64,000 nt of DNA, from contig OZ243956.1 of the NCBI GenBank assembly GCA_965214405.1, positions 1,984,001 through 2,048,000 on the forward strand, given 5' to 3'. The notes below the pieces were generated by a model. It saw only the letters and a list, made by a program, of their open reading frames with translations, was not told where the DNA came from and made no database searches. Shown in pieces: positions 27,697 to 35,770 of this stretch. Made by a program: the position numbers and the translations under genes. Within the stretch, counting starts at the first letter, position 1, and the number at the start of each line of letters is the position of its first letter. Source of the stretch: Trueperaceae bacterium. Lineage in GTDB: Bacteria > Deinococcota > Deinococci > Deinococcales > Trueperaceae.

Positions 27697-28599
27697 TCAG
27701 CGTTCAAGGTTGGGGTCGAGCACGTCGCGGAGCCAGTCGCCGATGAGCGAGATGAGCATCGTTAAGACGACGATGAGCGCGCCCGGGATGGCGGCCACCC
27801 ACGGGGCGGAAATCAGGTAGTCGCGCCCCTCGCCAAGCAGGAGGCCGAGCGAGGTGTGGGGCGGCTGGATGCCCAGGCCCAAAAAGGAGAGGGCGGACTC
27901 GAGCAAGATGATGCCGCTAAAGTTCATGGTCGCCAGCACGATGAGGGGCGAGGCGATGTTGGGGAGCACGTGCCGCAAGGCGACACGCCAGCCCGACGCG
28001 CCGAGCGCGCGCGAGGCCTCGACATAGGGAAGCGTGCGCGCGAGCAGGACCTGACCGCGCACCACGCGGGCGTACTTGTCCCAGCCCGCCAGGCCGATGA
28101 TGACGATAAGGACCAAGGGCGCGGTGCCGAAAAGGGCGACGGCGGTGAGCGCGAGCAGCGTAAAGGGCAGAGCGGATTGCGTGTCCACCAGAAACATGAC
28201 CAGGGCGTCTAGCCCCCTGCCGACCAGCCCGCTGGCGAGGCCCAAGCTTGTTCCTAGCGTCAAACCGATGACCATGCCTAAAGAAGCCACCCCCAAGGAC
28301 GTTCTGAGCGCGAACAGAAGCCTCGAGAAGACGTCCCGACCGAGCCCGTCGGTGCCGAGGGGGTGCTCGAGCGTCCCGCCCATCAAAAGGGGCGGTTTGA
28401 GGCGCGCCAGCAGACTCTGTTCACGGATGTCGAAGGGCGCCAACAGGGGGGCGGCGAGCGCGACGAAGAGAAGCAGCGCCGCCAGCCCGAAACAAACGAG
28501 GATGAGTGGCGGGGTTACGGCCAGAAACCGGCTCACCCGCCGCGCCGCTTTTCTCTTTGGTTGTGCGTTTTGAGAGCGCGTAGATGAAAGCAGCGACAT
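27697..28599 (-). CDS. Peptide-type ABC permease (DppC-like)
   Basis: 'HPLGTDGLGRDVFSR', 'YVEASRALGAS'. Confidence 0.92.
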   Translation of the reverse strand: MSLLSSTRSQNAQPKRKAARRVSRFLAVTPPLILVCFGLAALLLFVALAAPLLAPFDIREQSLLARLKPPLLMGGTLEHPLGTDGLGRDVFSRLLFALRTSLGVASLGMVIGLTLGTSLGLASGLVGRGLDALVMFLVDTQSALPFTLLALTAVALFGTAPLVLIVIIGLAGWDKYARVVRGQVLLARTLPYVEASRALGASGWRVALRHVLPNIASPLIVLATMNFSGIILLESALSFLGLGIQPPHTSLGLLLGEGRDYLISAPWVAAIPGALIVVLTMLISLIGDWLRDVLDPNLER

Positions 28600-28602
28600 G
28601 CG

Positions 28603-29520
28603 CTAAAGCTCCCGGATGCGCGGGTCGAACAGGCCGTAAAGCACGTCGACCAATGTATTGGCGAACACCACCGTCGCGGCGATGACGAGCACGCTAAACT
28701 GCAACACGGGAAAGTCCCGCTCGGCCACCGCCGTCACCACCAGGCGGCCCATGCCAGGCCAGGCGAAAACGGTCTCGACGATGACCGAGCCGCCTATCAA
28801 GGTGCCGACTTGCAAGCCGAGCACGGTCAGCACGGGCAGGCAGCCGTTACGGAGCCCGTGTTTCAAGACGATCTGGACCCGCTTAAGGCCCTTGGCCCGC
28901 GCCGTGCGCATGTAGTCTTGCTGCAACACGTCCAACATGCCGCTCCTGGTGAGGCGCGCGATGCCCGCCGCCGACGCGGCGCCCAGCGTCAGGACGGGCA
29001 TGAGGTAGTGTCGCCAGTCCCCCTGCCCGCCGCTCGGCAGCCACCTCAAGAACAGGCTGAAAACGAGGATGAGGGCAATACCGAGCACGAAGTTTGGGAG
29101 CGCCTGCCCGAGAAACGCGAGAGACATAACGAAGCGGTCGAGCGGGCCGTTGCGGGAGAGGGCCGCCACGACCCCCACGGGAACGCCGATCAAGAGAGAC
29201 ACGCCGAGCGCCAGACCCGCGAGTTTGAGCGTGGCGGGGATGCGCTCGAGAAACAGCTCAACCACGGGTCGGCGGTCCATGTAGCTCGCGCCGAACTCGC
29301 CCTGAGCGAGACTGTGCAGGTAGCGGACGTACTGTTCCGTGATGGATTGGTCGAGCCCGAGGTAGCTGCGCAGATCGCGCTTTTGAGCCGCCGAGGCGTC
29401 ATCAGGCAGCAGCCACATGATGGGGTCGCCGCTCAAGCGGCCCGCAACAAAGACCGCGCTGACCACCACCCAGAGGGTAAGCAGGCCGCGTAAGAAGCGC
29501 CGGACCGCGAACGCCGTCAT
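28603..29520 (-). CDS. Peptide-type ABC permease (DppB-like)
   Basis: 'DYMRTARAKGL', 'VETVFAWPGMG'. Confidence 0.92.
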   Translation of the reverse strand: MTAFAVRRFLRGLLTLWVVVSAVFVAGRLSGDPIMWLLPDDASAAQKRDLRSYLGLDQSITEQYVRYLHSLAQGEFGASYMDRRPVVELFLERIPATLKLAGLALGVSLLIGVPVGVVAALSRNGPLDRFVMSLAFLGQALPNFVLGIALILVFSLFLRWLPSGGQGDWRHYLMPVLTLGAASAAGIARLTRSGMLDVLQQDYMRTARAKGLKRVQIVLKHGLRNGCLPVLTVLGLQVGTLIGGSVIVETVFAWPGMGRLVVTAVAERDFPVLQFSVLVIAATVVFANTLVDVLYGLFDPRIREL

Positions 29521-29715
29521 AGCAGAGGTGCTCCCGCCGGGCGGGCATCTAACGCGCTTCGCACATACGTCTCCATCCGGGCCAATCTATTGCACGGACG
29601 TCACCCCGTTGTCAGCCCCCGCTCGCGGTTCCCGCTTTCTTAGGGCTGGCGTAGTAGATCGTGTTTTACGGAATTGCCCGGACCACACTTGTACGCTTTT
29701 GTATAAACACGCCTC

Positions 29716-29747
29716 TTTTGCAGCGAAATGGGCCGAAGCTTGCATAA
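29716..29747. repeat. Variant 13-6-13 site F (spacer TGGGCC)
   Basis: ttttgcagcgaaa-TGGGCC-gaagcttgcataa. Confidence 0.45.
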
Positions 29748-29814
29748 CCACCCACGCCCCTTGTCAGGGTCACCACGAAATATGAAGATAGTCGTGCTAT
29801 TTCCGGAATAAGCA

Positions 29815-29846
29815 TTCTGCAAGAGACGCGCGCGTCTGCCGCGTAA
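29815..29846. repeat. 13-6-13 palindromic site C
   Basis: ttctgcaagagac-GCGCGC-gtctgccgcgtaa, flanked by an extra inverted repeat GAATAAGC/GCTTATTC. Confidence 0.75.
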
Positions 29847-29868
29847 AACCGCTTATTCATGACCGGGC

Positions 29869-30330
29869 TTACGACGCGAGTCTCGGGTCGAACACGAAAG
29901 GCTCAGCCTCGTAGACCTTGACCTGCGGCCAGTCAGGATGTAGGGAGTTAAGCAGCACGTTGAGCTGTCCACGAATGACGACACTCGGCACCCTCAAAGC
30001 GACGCTTACCTGCTGATCAAACCAGGCGTCACCAATGCCTGTACTCGCTGTTGTCTCTTCTGGGGCATCCCACCCTTTGGGTAGCGCGTCTAAATCGAGG
30101 CTGCGGACGAGCGCATCCGGCACCTCGGCGGTAATGACGCTGTAATGGTCGCGCAGGAGCTGCGCCCGCTTTACATGCACGAGAATCTCTAGCGCCGCCG
30201 TCGCCGGGTGCTCGCTTGCGTAAACTACAGCGCGTCCTGACGTATTCCAGCGACCGCCTGCGCGTTTGCTGCCAATCCCGTCGAACGCGGTAGCAGCGTA
30301 AATGGTCTTCGTTAACCTGTAAATTCTCAG
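29869..30330 (-). CDS. RES-domain toxin, probable non-canonical CTG start
   Basis: Frame open from CTG 30330: 'LRIYRL...AFDG.G..RAGGRWN..G..VVYASEH...ALEILVH...VPS'; TAG immediately upstream in frame. Confidence 0.85.
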   Translation of the reverse strand: MRIYRLTKTIYAATAFDGIGSKRAGGRWNTSGRAVVYASEHPATAALEILVHVKRAQLLRDHYSVITAEVPDALVRSLDLDALPKGWDAPEETTASTGIGDAWFDQQVSVALRVPSVVIRGQLNVLLNSLHPDWPQVKVYEAEPFVFDPRLAS

Positions 30331-30782
30331 CTAAATACACCGTATTCAATGCGCGTCAGGAGGGCTTCTACGCGCTTAGCGCCCGCCTCATTACGAGCAT
30401 ACTCGAGTGGGGTGCGGTCGTTCAGAGCGACCGCAGGACTCGTCATCCACTCGTCGGCGGCTTCGACGCTCTCGAGCACGTCTGCAGCGCGCGCGTAGAG
30501 GTCGACCAGACGATAAAAGCGGTCACTCTCCGCTGGGGAGAGCTGCCCTTCGCTGCGACGCCGCGTGAGGGTGCGGTCGCTCATTTTGAGCACCGCTTTG
30601 ATTTCGGAAGCCGCGTCGGGGGCTAGCCGCAAGAAGGCCTCGAGCACATCAACGTTAAACCCGGTCTCGATGTGTTCAAAGACGTTCTCATGGTCAGCTG
30701 TTGAACCGAACACACGGCTCAGCAGATGCCTGCCCGGGCTCGTTTGAATGTTATCCAGTTTCGGCGTCCAGACTGTCATCAC
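30327..30782 (-). CDS. Xre/MbcA/ParS antitoxin (DUF2384-type)
   Basis: 'SDRTLTRRRSEGQLSPAESDR', 'WMTSPAVALNDRTPLEY', 'RIEYGVFS'. Confidence 0.92.
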   Translation of the reverse strand: MMTVWTPKLDNIQTSPGRHLLSRVFGSTADHENVFEHIETGFNVDVLEAFLRLAPDAASEIKAVLKMSDRTLTRRRSEGQLSPAESDRFYRLVDLYARAADVLESVEAADEWMTSPAVALNDRTPLEYARNEAGAKRVEALLTRIEYGVFS

Positions 30783-30919
30783 TGTACCTCCGCGCCATTT
30801 CTGTTGTTTATATTACCACAATGGCGAATATGATGACAAGTGTCGATCACGGGAAAGGCTGAGTCTTCTACGACTGTGCAGAGTGAAGGGGTGGCCAGAA
30901 CGACAGCTCACTCAAAGTC

Positions 30920-30951
30920 TTGTGCGACAAACGCGCGCGTCTGTTGCAGAA
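30920..30951. repeat. 13-6-13 palindromic site D
   Basis: ttgtgcgacaaac-GCGCGC-gtctgttgcagaa (inverted relative to B and C). Confidence 0.8.
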
Positions 30952-31027
30952 GGGCGTACGCACCTTACACATCAAAGTCGGCGCTTCAGCAGCCAGGTCT
31001 CTGCCACACTCTAGGCGGCTACTATGG

Positions 31028-31624
31028 CTACGGCGTCGCCCTCACCAACCCCCTCTCAACCAACGAGCCGATAACCTCGTCAACGAGCTCGCCGACCCTC
31101 CGCCCGTCCGACTCGAGCACCCGCCACCCGTTCAGCGACTCGAGAGCGCGCTCGAAACGTGCTTGATCCTTACGCAACCACTCCGGATCGCGCGACAACC
31201 CACGCCCCTCATCACCCTGAACACGCCGTAAAGCTTCCTCATATGAGACCCGCAAAGCGAGCAGAAGCGTCTCGGGGTCCGAACACACCTGCTCCACAAA
31301 GTCGGTCCACGCCTCGTACCACACCCCGGCATCCCCGCCAACCATATAGCTTGACCAAACATCCCCCTCGAGCACGACCAGGTCCACGCCAGCCTCGAAG
31401 AAGCCGTCCACCAACCCTGCCGCCGCCCGCCGCGCCCCCGACCACGCCTCATGGGTGACCGGGAATCCTTCATGTCCACACGCCATCTCGACGACGAGGT
31501 CCAGATCAACAGCCACCGTGCGTACCCCGCCCGCCGCGAGGCGATCACCCAGAGCACGCGCAAAGGTAGATTTCCCGGCCCCGCTGCACCCGACCACAAC
31601 GACCAAGATTCGACCCTCGGCCAC
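31028..31624 (-). CDS. P-loop (AAA/nucleotide kinase-like) protein
   Basis: Walker A 'GCSGAGKST'; lid-like 'EEALRRV...R'; GGAGG before GTG 31624. Confidence 0.7.
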   Translation of the reverse strand: MAEGRILVVVVGCSGAGKSTFARALGDRLAAGGVRTVAVDLDLVVEMACGHEGFPVTHEAWSGARRAAAGLVDGFFEAGVDLVVLEGDVWSSYMVGGDAGVWYEAWTDFVEQVCSDPETLLLALRVSYEEALRRVQGDEGRGLSRDPEWLRKDQARFERALESLNGWRVLESDGRRVGELVDEVIGSLVERGLVRATP

Positions 31625-31778
31625 ACTCACCTCCACATCACCCCCGTTCTCTCCTTCCAAGCGTACAAGCCGTCTCGGCAACTGATCGTTACATCAAGAG
31701 ATTATGCGCGAAACCTTCTGTGGGACGATCTACTGTAGGTAAGAACCGTAGAAGCGCGCACCAACGCGAACGTCCTTC

Positions 31779-31810
31779 TTCTGCGACTTTACGGGCCGTT
31801 CGCCGCATAG
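31779..31810. repeat. Variant 13-6-13 site E (spacer CGGGCC)
   Basis: ttctgcgacttta-CGGGCC-gttcgccgcatag. Confidence 0.5.
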
Positions 31811-31890
31811 GCAAATTGGCGAGGCGGTTCGAAGTTCTATTTAGGTTGCTTTGGCTGAAGCGCTCAACCTTTCGGCCGTGTGTTAGGGGT

Positions 31891-33054
31891 TCAACCCCCC
31901 TCGAGCGCCCCCGCCAAATCCTCAATGAGGTCGTCCGCCCCCTCGAGCCCGACCGACACCCGCAGCAAGTTCTGCGGCGTCTGAGAATTGGGGCCTTCGA
32001 TAGAGGCGCGGTGCTCGAGCAAGCTCTCCACCCCGCCCAAACTCGTCGCGCGGGTAAAAAGTTGGACTCTCGAGGCCACCCGCATCGCGGCCTCGGCCCC
32101 ACCTTTCACGCCGAACGAGAGCATCCCGCCGAAGCCGTGCATCTGCTTTGCGGCGACCTCGTGACCGGGGTGAGAGGCCAAACCGGGGTAGTAGACGCGC
32201 TCGACGTTGGGATGCTCACTCAAAAAATGCGCGACCTTAGCCGCGTTGTCGCAGTGACCGCGCATCCGGTAGGGCAGCGTGCGGACGCCGCGCAGCGTGA
32301 GCCAGCAGTCGAAGGGCGAGGGCACCGCGCCCTCCATCGTCTGAACGAAACGGACGCGCTCAAAAAACGCGTCGTTCTCCCGCGCCACAACCGCGCCGCC
32401 CAACACGTCGCTATGCCCCGCCAAATATTTGGTCGTCGCGTGCATGACGAGGTCGGCCCCCAGCGCAAAAACGGGCTGCAAGCGCGGCGGGGTCCAGGTG
32501 TTGTCGCAGGCGACGCGCGCTCCAGCTTCATGCGCGATGTTAGCCACGGCGGCGACGTCGGTAATTTTTAGAAGCGGGTTGGAAGGGGTTTCAATCCAGA
32601 CGAGCTTGGTGTTTGGTCTTAGGGCAGCTTTGAGGGCGTCTAGGTTGGACAGGTCTACAAAAGAAAGCTCTAAACCCCACGGCACAAACACCTCTTGCAA
32701 AAGTTTGCGAATCCCGTGGTACATGTCGTCAGGGACAATGGCGTGCTCACCCGGCCTCAGCGCGCGAAAAATACTCCCCGCCGCCGCCGACCCCGACGAA
32801 AAAGCCGCCGCCGCCGCGCCCTCTTCGAGGAGCGTGAGGCAGCGCTCGAGCGCCTCCCGGTTCGGGTTCGCCGAACGCGTGTACACATAGCTCTGCGGAT
32901 AACTCCCGTCGGCGTCACGTTCAAAGGTCGTCGAGAGGTGGATGGGCGGCACCACCGCGCCCGTGGCGGGGTCAACCTCCGCCCCGGCGTGAACGGCGAG
33001 CGTGGCGAACTCAAAGGTTTCCTTTTTCACCCTGTCTCCTACACGGTTACTCAT
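31891..33054 (-). CDS. metB: Cystathionine gamma-synthase/lyase family PLP enzyme
   Basis: 'YTRSANP', 'ETPSNPLL', 'DNT', PLP Lys in '[10 protein letters not shown]', 'SLGGVESL'. Confidence 0.8.
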   Translation of the reverse strand: MSNRVGDRVKKETFEFATLAVHAGAEVDPATGAVVPPIHLSTTFERDADGSYPQSYVYTRSANPNREALERCLTLLEEGAAAAAFSSGSAAAGSIFRALRPGEHAIVPDDMYHGIRKLLQEVFVPWGLELSFVDLSNLDALKAALRPNTKLVWIETPSNPLLKITDVAAVANIAHEAGARVACDNTWTPPRLQPVFALGADLVMHATTKYLAGHSDVLGGAVVARENDAFFERVRFVQTMEGAVPSPFDCWLTLRGVRTLPYRMRGHCDNAAKVAHFLSEHPNVERVYYPGLASHPGHEVAAKQMHGFGGMLSFGVKGGAEAAMRVASRVQLFTRATSLGGVESLLEHRASIEGPNSQTPQNLLRVSVGLEGADDLIEDLAGALEGG

Positions 33055-33830
33055 GTCAGCCTCACATAAACCCCGTCCGCGGCGAGCGTTTTCTTAACCT
33101 CGCCCACGGTGGTCTGCCCACTGTGAAAGATTCCGGCGGCGAGCGCCGCGTCCGCTTCGCCCTCTTTAAGCACGTCGCGCAGGTGCGCCGCCTCGCCTGC
33201 GCCGCCCGAGGCGACCACGGGGAGGTCTACAGCCCTGGCGACGGCTCGAGTGGCCGCCAAGTCATACCCCGTTTTCATGCCGTCGGCGTCAATGCTATTG
33301 AGCACAATTTCCCCCGCGCCGAGTTCTTGGCCCCGCACCGCCCAGGCGACGAGCTCGAGCCCCGCCCGCTTACGCCCACCCGCCACAAACACGTCCCAGC
33401 CGGAGCCATCTTCGCAGCGTTTGGCGTCAATCGACAGCACCACCGCCTGCGCGCCGTAATGGTCCGAGGCCTCACGGATAAGCTGCGGATGAGCAACCGC
33501 GCCCGAGTTGATGGACACCTTGTCGGCACCCGCCAAAAAGAGCGCGCGAAAGTCGGAAAGCGTCCGCACGCCGCCGCCGACGGTCAAAGGCATAAAGCAA
33601 CGTTCGGCCACCCTTGTGGCGACCTCGAGTATCCCCTTACGCCCCTCCGCGGTGGCCGTAATGTCATAAAACACGAGTTCGTCCGCGCCTTGCGCGTTGT
33701 AGAGCTCGGCCAGCGCGACAGGGTCGCCCACGTCGCGCAGTTCGCCCCGTTCGGCTCGTCCAAATTGCTGCCCGCGGGTGGTGCGACCGTTGTGGACGTC
33801 TAGGCAGGGGATGATCCGTTTGGCTAACAC
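33051..33830 (-). CDS. hisF: Imidazole glycerol phosphate synthase cyclase subunit
   Basis: '[11 protein letters not shown]', '[12 protein letters not shown]', 'GADKVSIN', 'ASGGAG'. Confidence 0.95.
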   Translation of the reverse strand: MLAKRIIPCLDVHNGRTTRGQQFGRAERGELRDVGDPVALAELYNAQGADELVFYDITATAEGRKGILEVATRVAERCFMPLTVGGGVRTLSDFRALFLAGADKVSINSGAVAHPQLIREASDHYGAQAVVLSIDAKRCEDGSGWDVFVAGGRKRAGLELVAWAVRGQELGAGEIVLNSIDADGMKTGYDLAATRAVARAVDLPVVASGGAGEAAHLRDVLKEGEADAALAAGIFHSGQTTVGEVKKTLAADGVYVRLT

Positions 33831-33883
33831 CCAGTCAGCATACAACAGGCGTTTATGGGGACAGACTGACGCTCGTCTTCACG

Positions 33884-34049
33884 CAGGCTTTTATCGTGAG
33901 CATCATCGAGAAAGCTATAGGCGTTTTTACTTTCCCAAAGATGAACGCACCGAGCACCCAGGACTGAGTTCAGAGGGTCTCACCCGGGACTTTCCGCTCG
34001 GCACTCACGTCTCTGAACGCTCCTCAAGAGACGTGATGATAAAAGCCTG
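33884..34049 (-). ncRNA. Unassigned structured element (ncRNA or MITE candidate)
   Basis: 12-bp terminal stem CAGGCTTTTATC/GATAAAAGCCTG plus internal hairpins; G-U pairs favour the minus strand. Confidence 0.4.
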
Positions 34050-34123
34050 GGCTTCACGTATGAGACAAGACGTAGGGGCGGTCGCGGTTTCGGCATCTTG
34101 CCCGCAGCTTGTACAAACGTCAT

Positions 34124-35107
34124 TCATCCTGCCGCCTTGCCCTCACGCGTACTCGCTCGTTCAGCCCCGCCCGCCTTTGGGCCGCCGAAGGTCAGTAAGC
34201 CGACGCCCAGCGCAATCAGCGCGCCGCCCACGACCAAGCCCTGCGGCACCGCCTCACCGAGCAGGAGAACGGCGATAGGAACCCCCACGGTTGCGCCCAC
34301 CGAGCCGAGCAGACTCAGGTAGACCGGCCCGCCGCGGTCTTGCAGCCTGAAGAACAGCACATTCTGAACCGAGAACGTGGCTATCTGCGCGAGGATGATG
34401 AGTACGGGCCCCAAGCGGTCCACCGGCACGGCGAGGGAAAAGTCGGGCGGAGCTGCCGGAAAGAGCGCGGCAACGCCTCCCGCAAGAAGCAGAATGATCG
34501 CGCCCGCCGCGAGCATCCCGGGCGCGAGCTGGTCGGCCTCGGCACCTTCCGGCCAGCGGGCCGTCCGGTAGAGGTTACCCACCGCCAGCAGCACCGGTCC
34601 CAGCAGGGTGGCGACGATCCAAAAGGCGTCGGCGTCCGGCGCGGAGAGTTTATACGCGGCCAAGAGGGCAGCCCCGCCCAGCGCAAACGCGACCCCCGCC
34701 GCGCGGCGAACCCCGAAGCTCTCCATGCCGAGCAGCAGCGCGCCCAGGTAGGTAAAGAGGGGCGGGAAAGCGATGGCGAGCGCCACGAAACTCGCCCCGA
34801 CGCGGGGCACGGCGGCGGTAAACAGCAGTTGCGGCGCGGCGACGGTGACAAACCCGGCAATCATAAAGTACGCCAGCGTCCGCGCGTTGAGTTTTAGCAG
34901 CCGCCCACGAAGGATCTCGACAGCGCTCAGGACGAGAGCGGCCCCCACGACCGACCAGGTAAGGAAGGCCAGGGGCTCGAGCCCAGCGTCGGCAGCCAAC
35001 TTAGCCAAGTTGGTCGAGACGCCCAGCAGCGCGCCGGTAACGAGCAAAAGTAAGAACGGGACGAGCCAAGTGTGACCCCCCTGCGGATCGACATTCCAGG
35101 TTTTCAT
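34124..35107 (-). CDS. DMT/EamA family transporter (PecM-like)
   Basis: About 10 TM helices in two repeats; divergent from MarR gene. Confidence 0.85.
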   Translation of the reverse strand: MKTWNVDPQGGHTWLVPFLLLLVTGALLGVSTNLAKLAADAGLEPLAFLTWSVVGAALVLSAVEILRGRLLKLNARTLAYFMIAGFVTVAAPQLLFTAAVPRVGASFVALAIAFPPLFTYLGALLLGMESFGVRRAAGVAFALGGAALLAAYKLSAPDADAFWIVATLLGPVLLAVGNLYRTARWPEGAEADQLAPGMLAAGAIILLLAGGVAALFPAAPPDFSLAVPVDRLGPVLIILAQIATFSVQNVLFFRLQDRGGPVYLSLLGSVGATVGVPIAVLLLGEAVPQGLVVGGALIALGVGLLTFGGPKAGGAERASTREGKAAG

Positions 35108-35139
35108 GCTTTTCTCCTTTTACCCAAAGCCAAATAAAG

Positions 35140-35178
35140 CTTTATGTAAAGATACTTTATATAAACCTTTATGTCAAG
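35140..35178. promoter_or_regulatory. Three palindromic candidate MarR operators
   Basis: CTTTATGTAAAG, CTTTATATAAAC, CTTTATGTCAAG in the divergent intergenic region. Confidence 0.65.
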
Positions 35179-35206
35179 TTTTTCTTGTTCAGGATAAACT
35201 GGAAGC

Positions 35207-35698
35207 ATGGCGAATGACCGTGTAGAAACGATCCTCGAGCAGTGGCAAAGAGAGCGACCCGACCTAGACGCGTCGCCGATGGGTATTTTCGGACGGCTGT
35301 TGCGGCTGAACAAGTACGCGCAGGGGCGGCTGGAGATTAACTTCAAACGTTACGGCTTGCTGGGCGGCACCTTTGACCTGCTCGCCACGCTGCGCCGCAA
35401 CGGCGAACCCTTCTCCCTCAACCCCACGCAACTGCAGAACGAGATGATGCTGACGTCGGGCGCGACGACGCACCGCATCGATTGGCTCGAGAAACGGGGC
35501 CTGATTGAGCGCCTGCCCGACCCCGACGACCGGCGCGGCACGCTCGTCCGGCTCACCGGAGAGGGTAAAAGGTTGATTGACGAAGCCGTCGTAGCCCACG
35601 TGGAGCTGGAAAGCGAACTCCTGAGCCATCTAACGCAAGAACAGAGGCGCGAGCTCGCCGAGTTGCTGGGCGCTTTAGCAGAGGGGATGGGGCTCTGA
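35207..35698 (+). CDS. MarR-family regulator (PecS/HucR/UrtR-like)
   Basis: 'QWQRERPDLD', 'FDLLATLRR', 'DPDDRRG'. Confidence 0.9.
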   Translation: MANDRVETILEQWQRERPDLDASPMGIFGRLLRLNKYAQGRLEINFKRYGLLGGTFDLLATLRRNGEPFSLNPTQLQNEMMLTSGATTHRIDWLEKRGLIERLPDPDDRRGTLVRLTGEGKRLIDEAVVAHVELESELLSHLTQEQRRELAELLGALAEGMGL

Positions 35699-35770
35699 AC
35701 GAAATTCGGTTGGGCGCGGTGGCCGTGGCGAGGGTCTGACGGCGGCGCAACCGTTTTTAGGACCCGCGGC

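Noticed and set aside
22440..31810. Classical integron (IntI with attC sites)
   Set aside because: No IntI-specific insertion; sites lack the RYYYAAC...GTTRRRY long-hairpin architecture; cargo has its own promoters
31885..31916. tRNA-like T-arm AGGGG-TTCAACC-CCCCT followed by CGAGCGC...CCA, a possible integrase target
   Set aside because: No D-arm or anticodon arm upstream; most of it is the antisense of the metB C-terminal codons plus the common CTCGAG
33884..34049. SAM-I riboswitch (TTATC/GATAA stem) or RNase P RNA (GGAAAGTCC)
   Set aside because: SAM-I core motifs are absent; too short for RNase P and lacks its 3' consensus
21346..35769. 13-bp direct repeat TTAGGACCCGCGG (21346 and 35757) as attL/attR
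   Set aside because: Would place hisF and metB inside the island; 13-mer matches are expected by chance in 64 kb of GC-rich DNA
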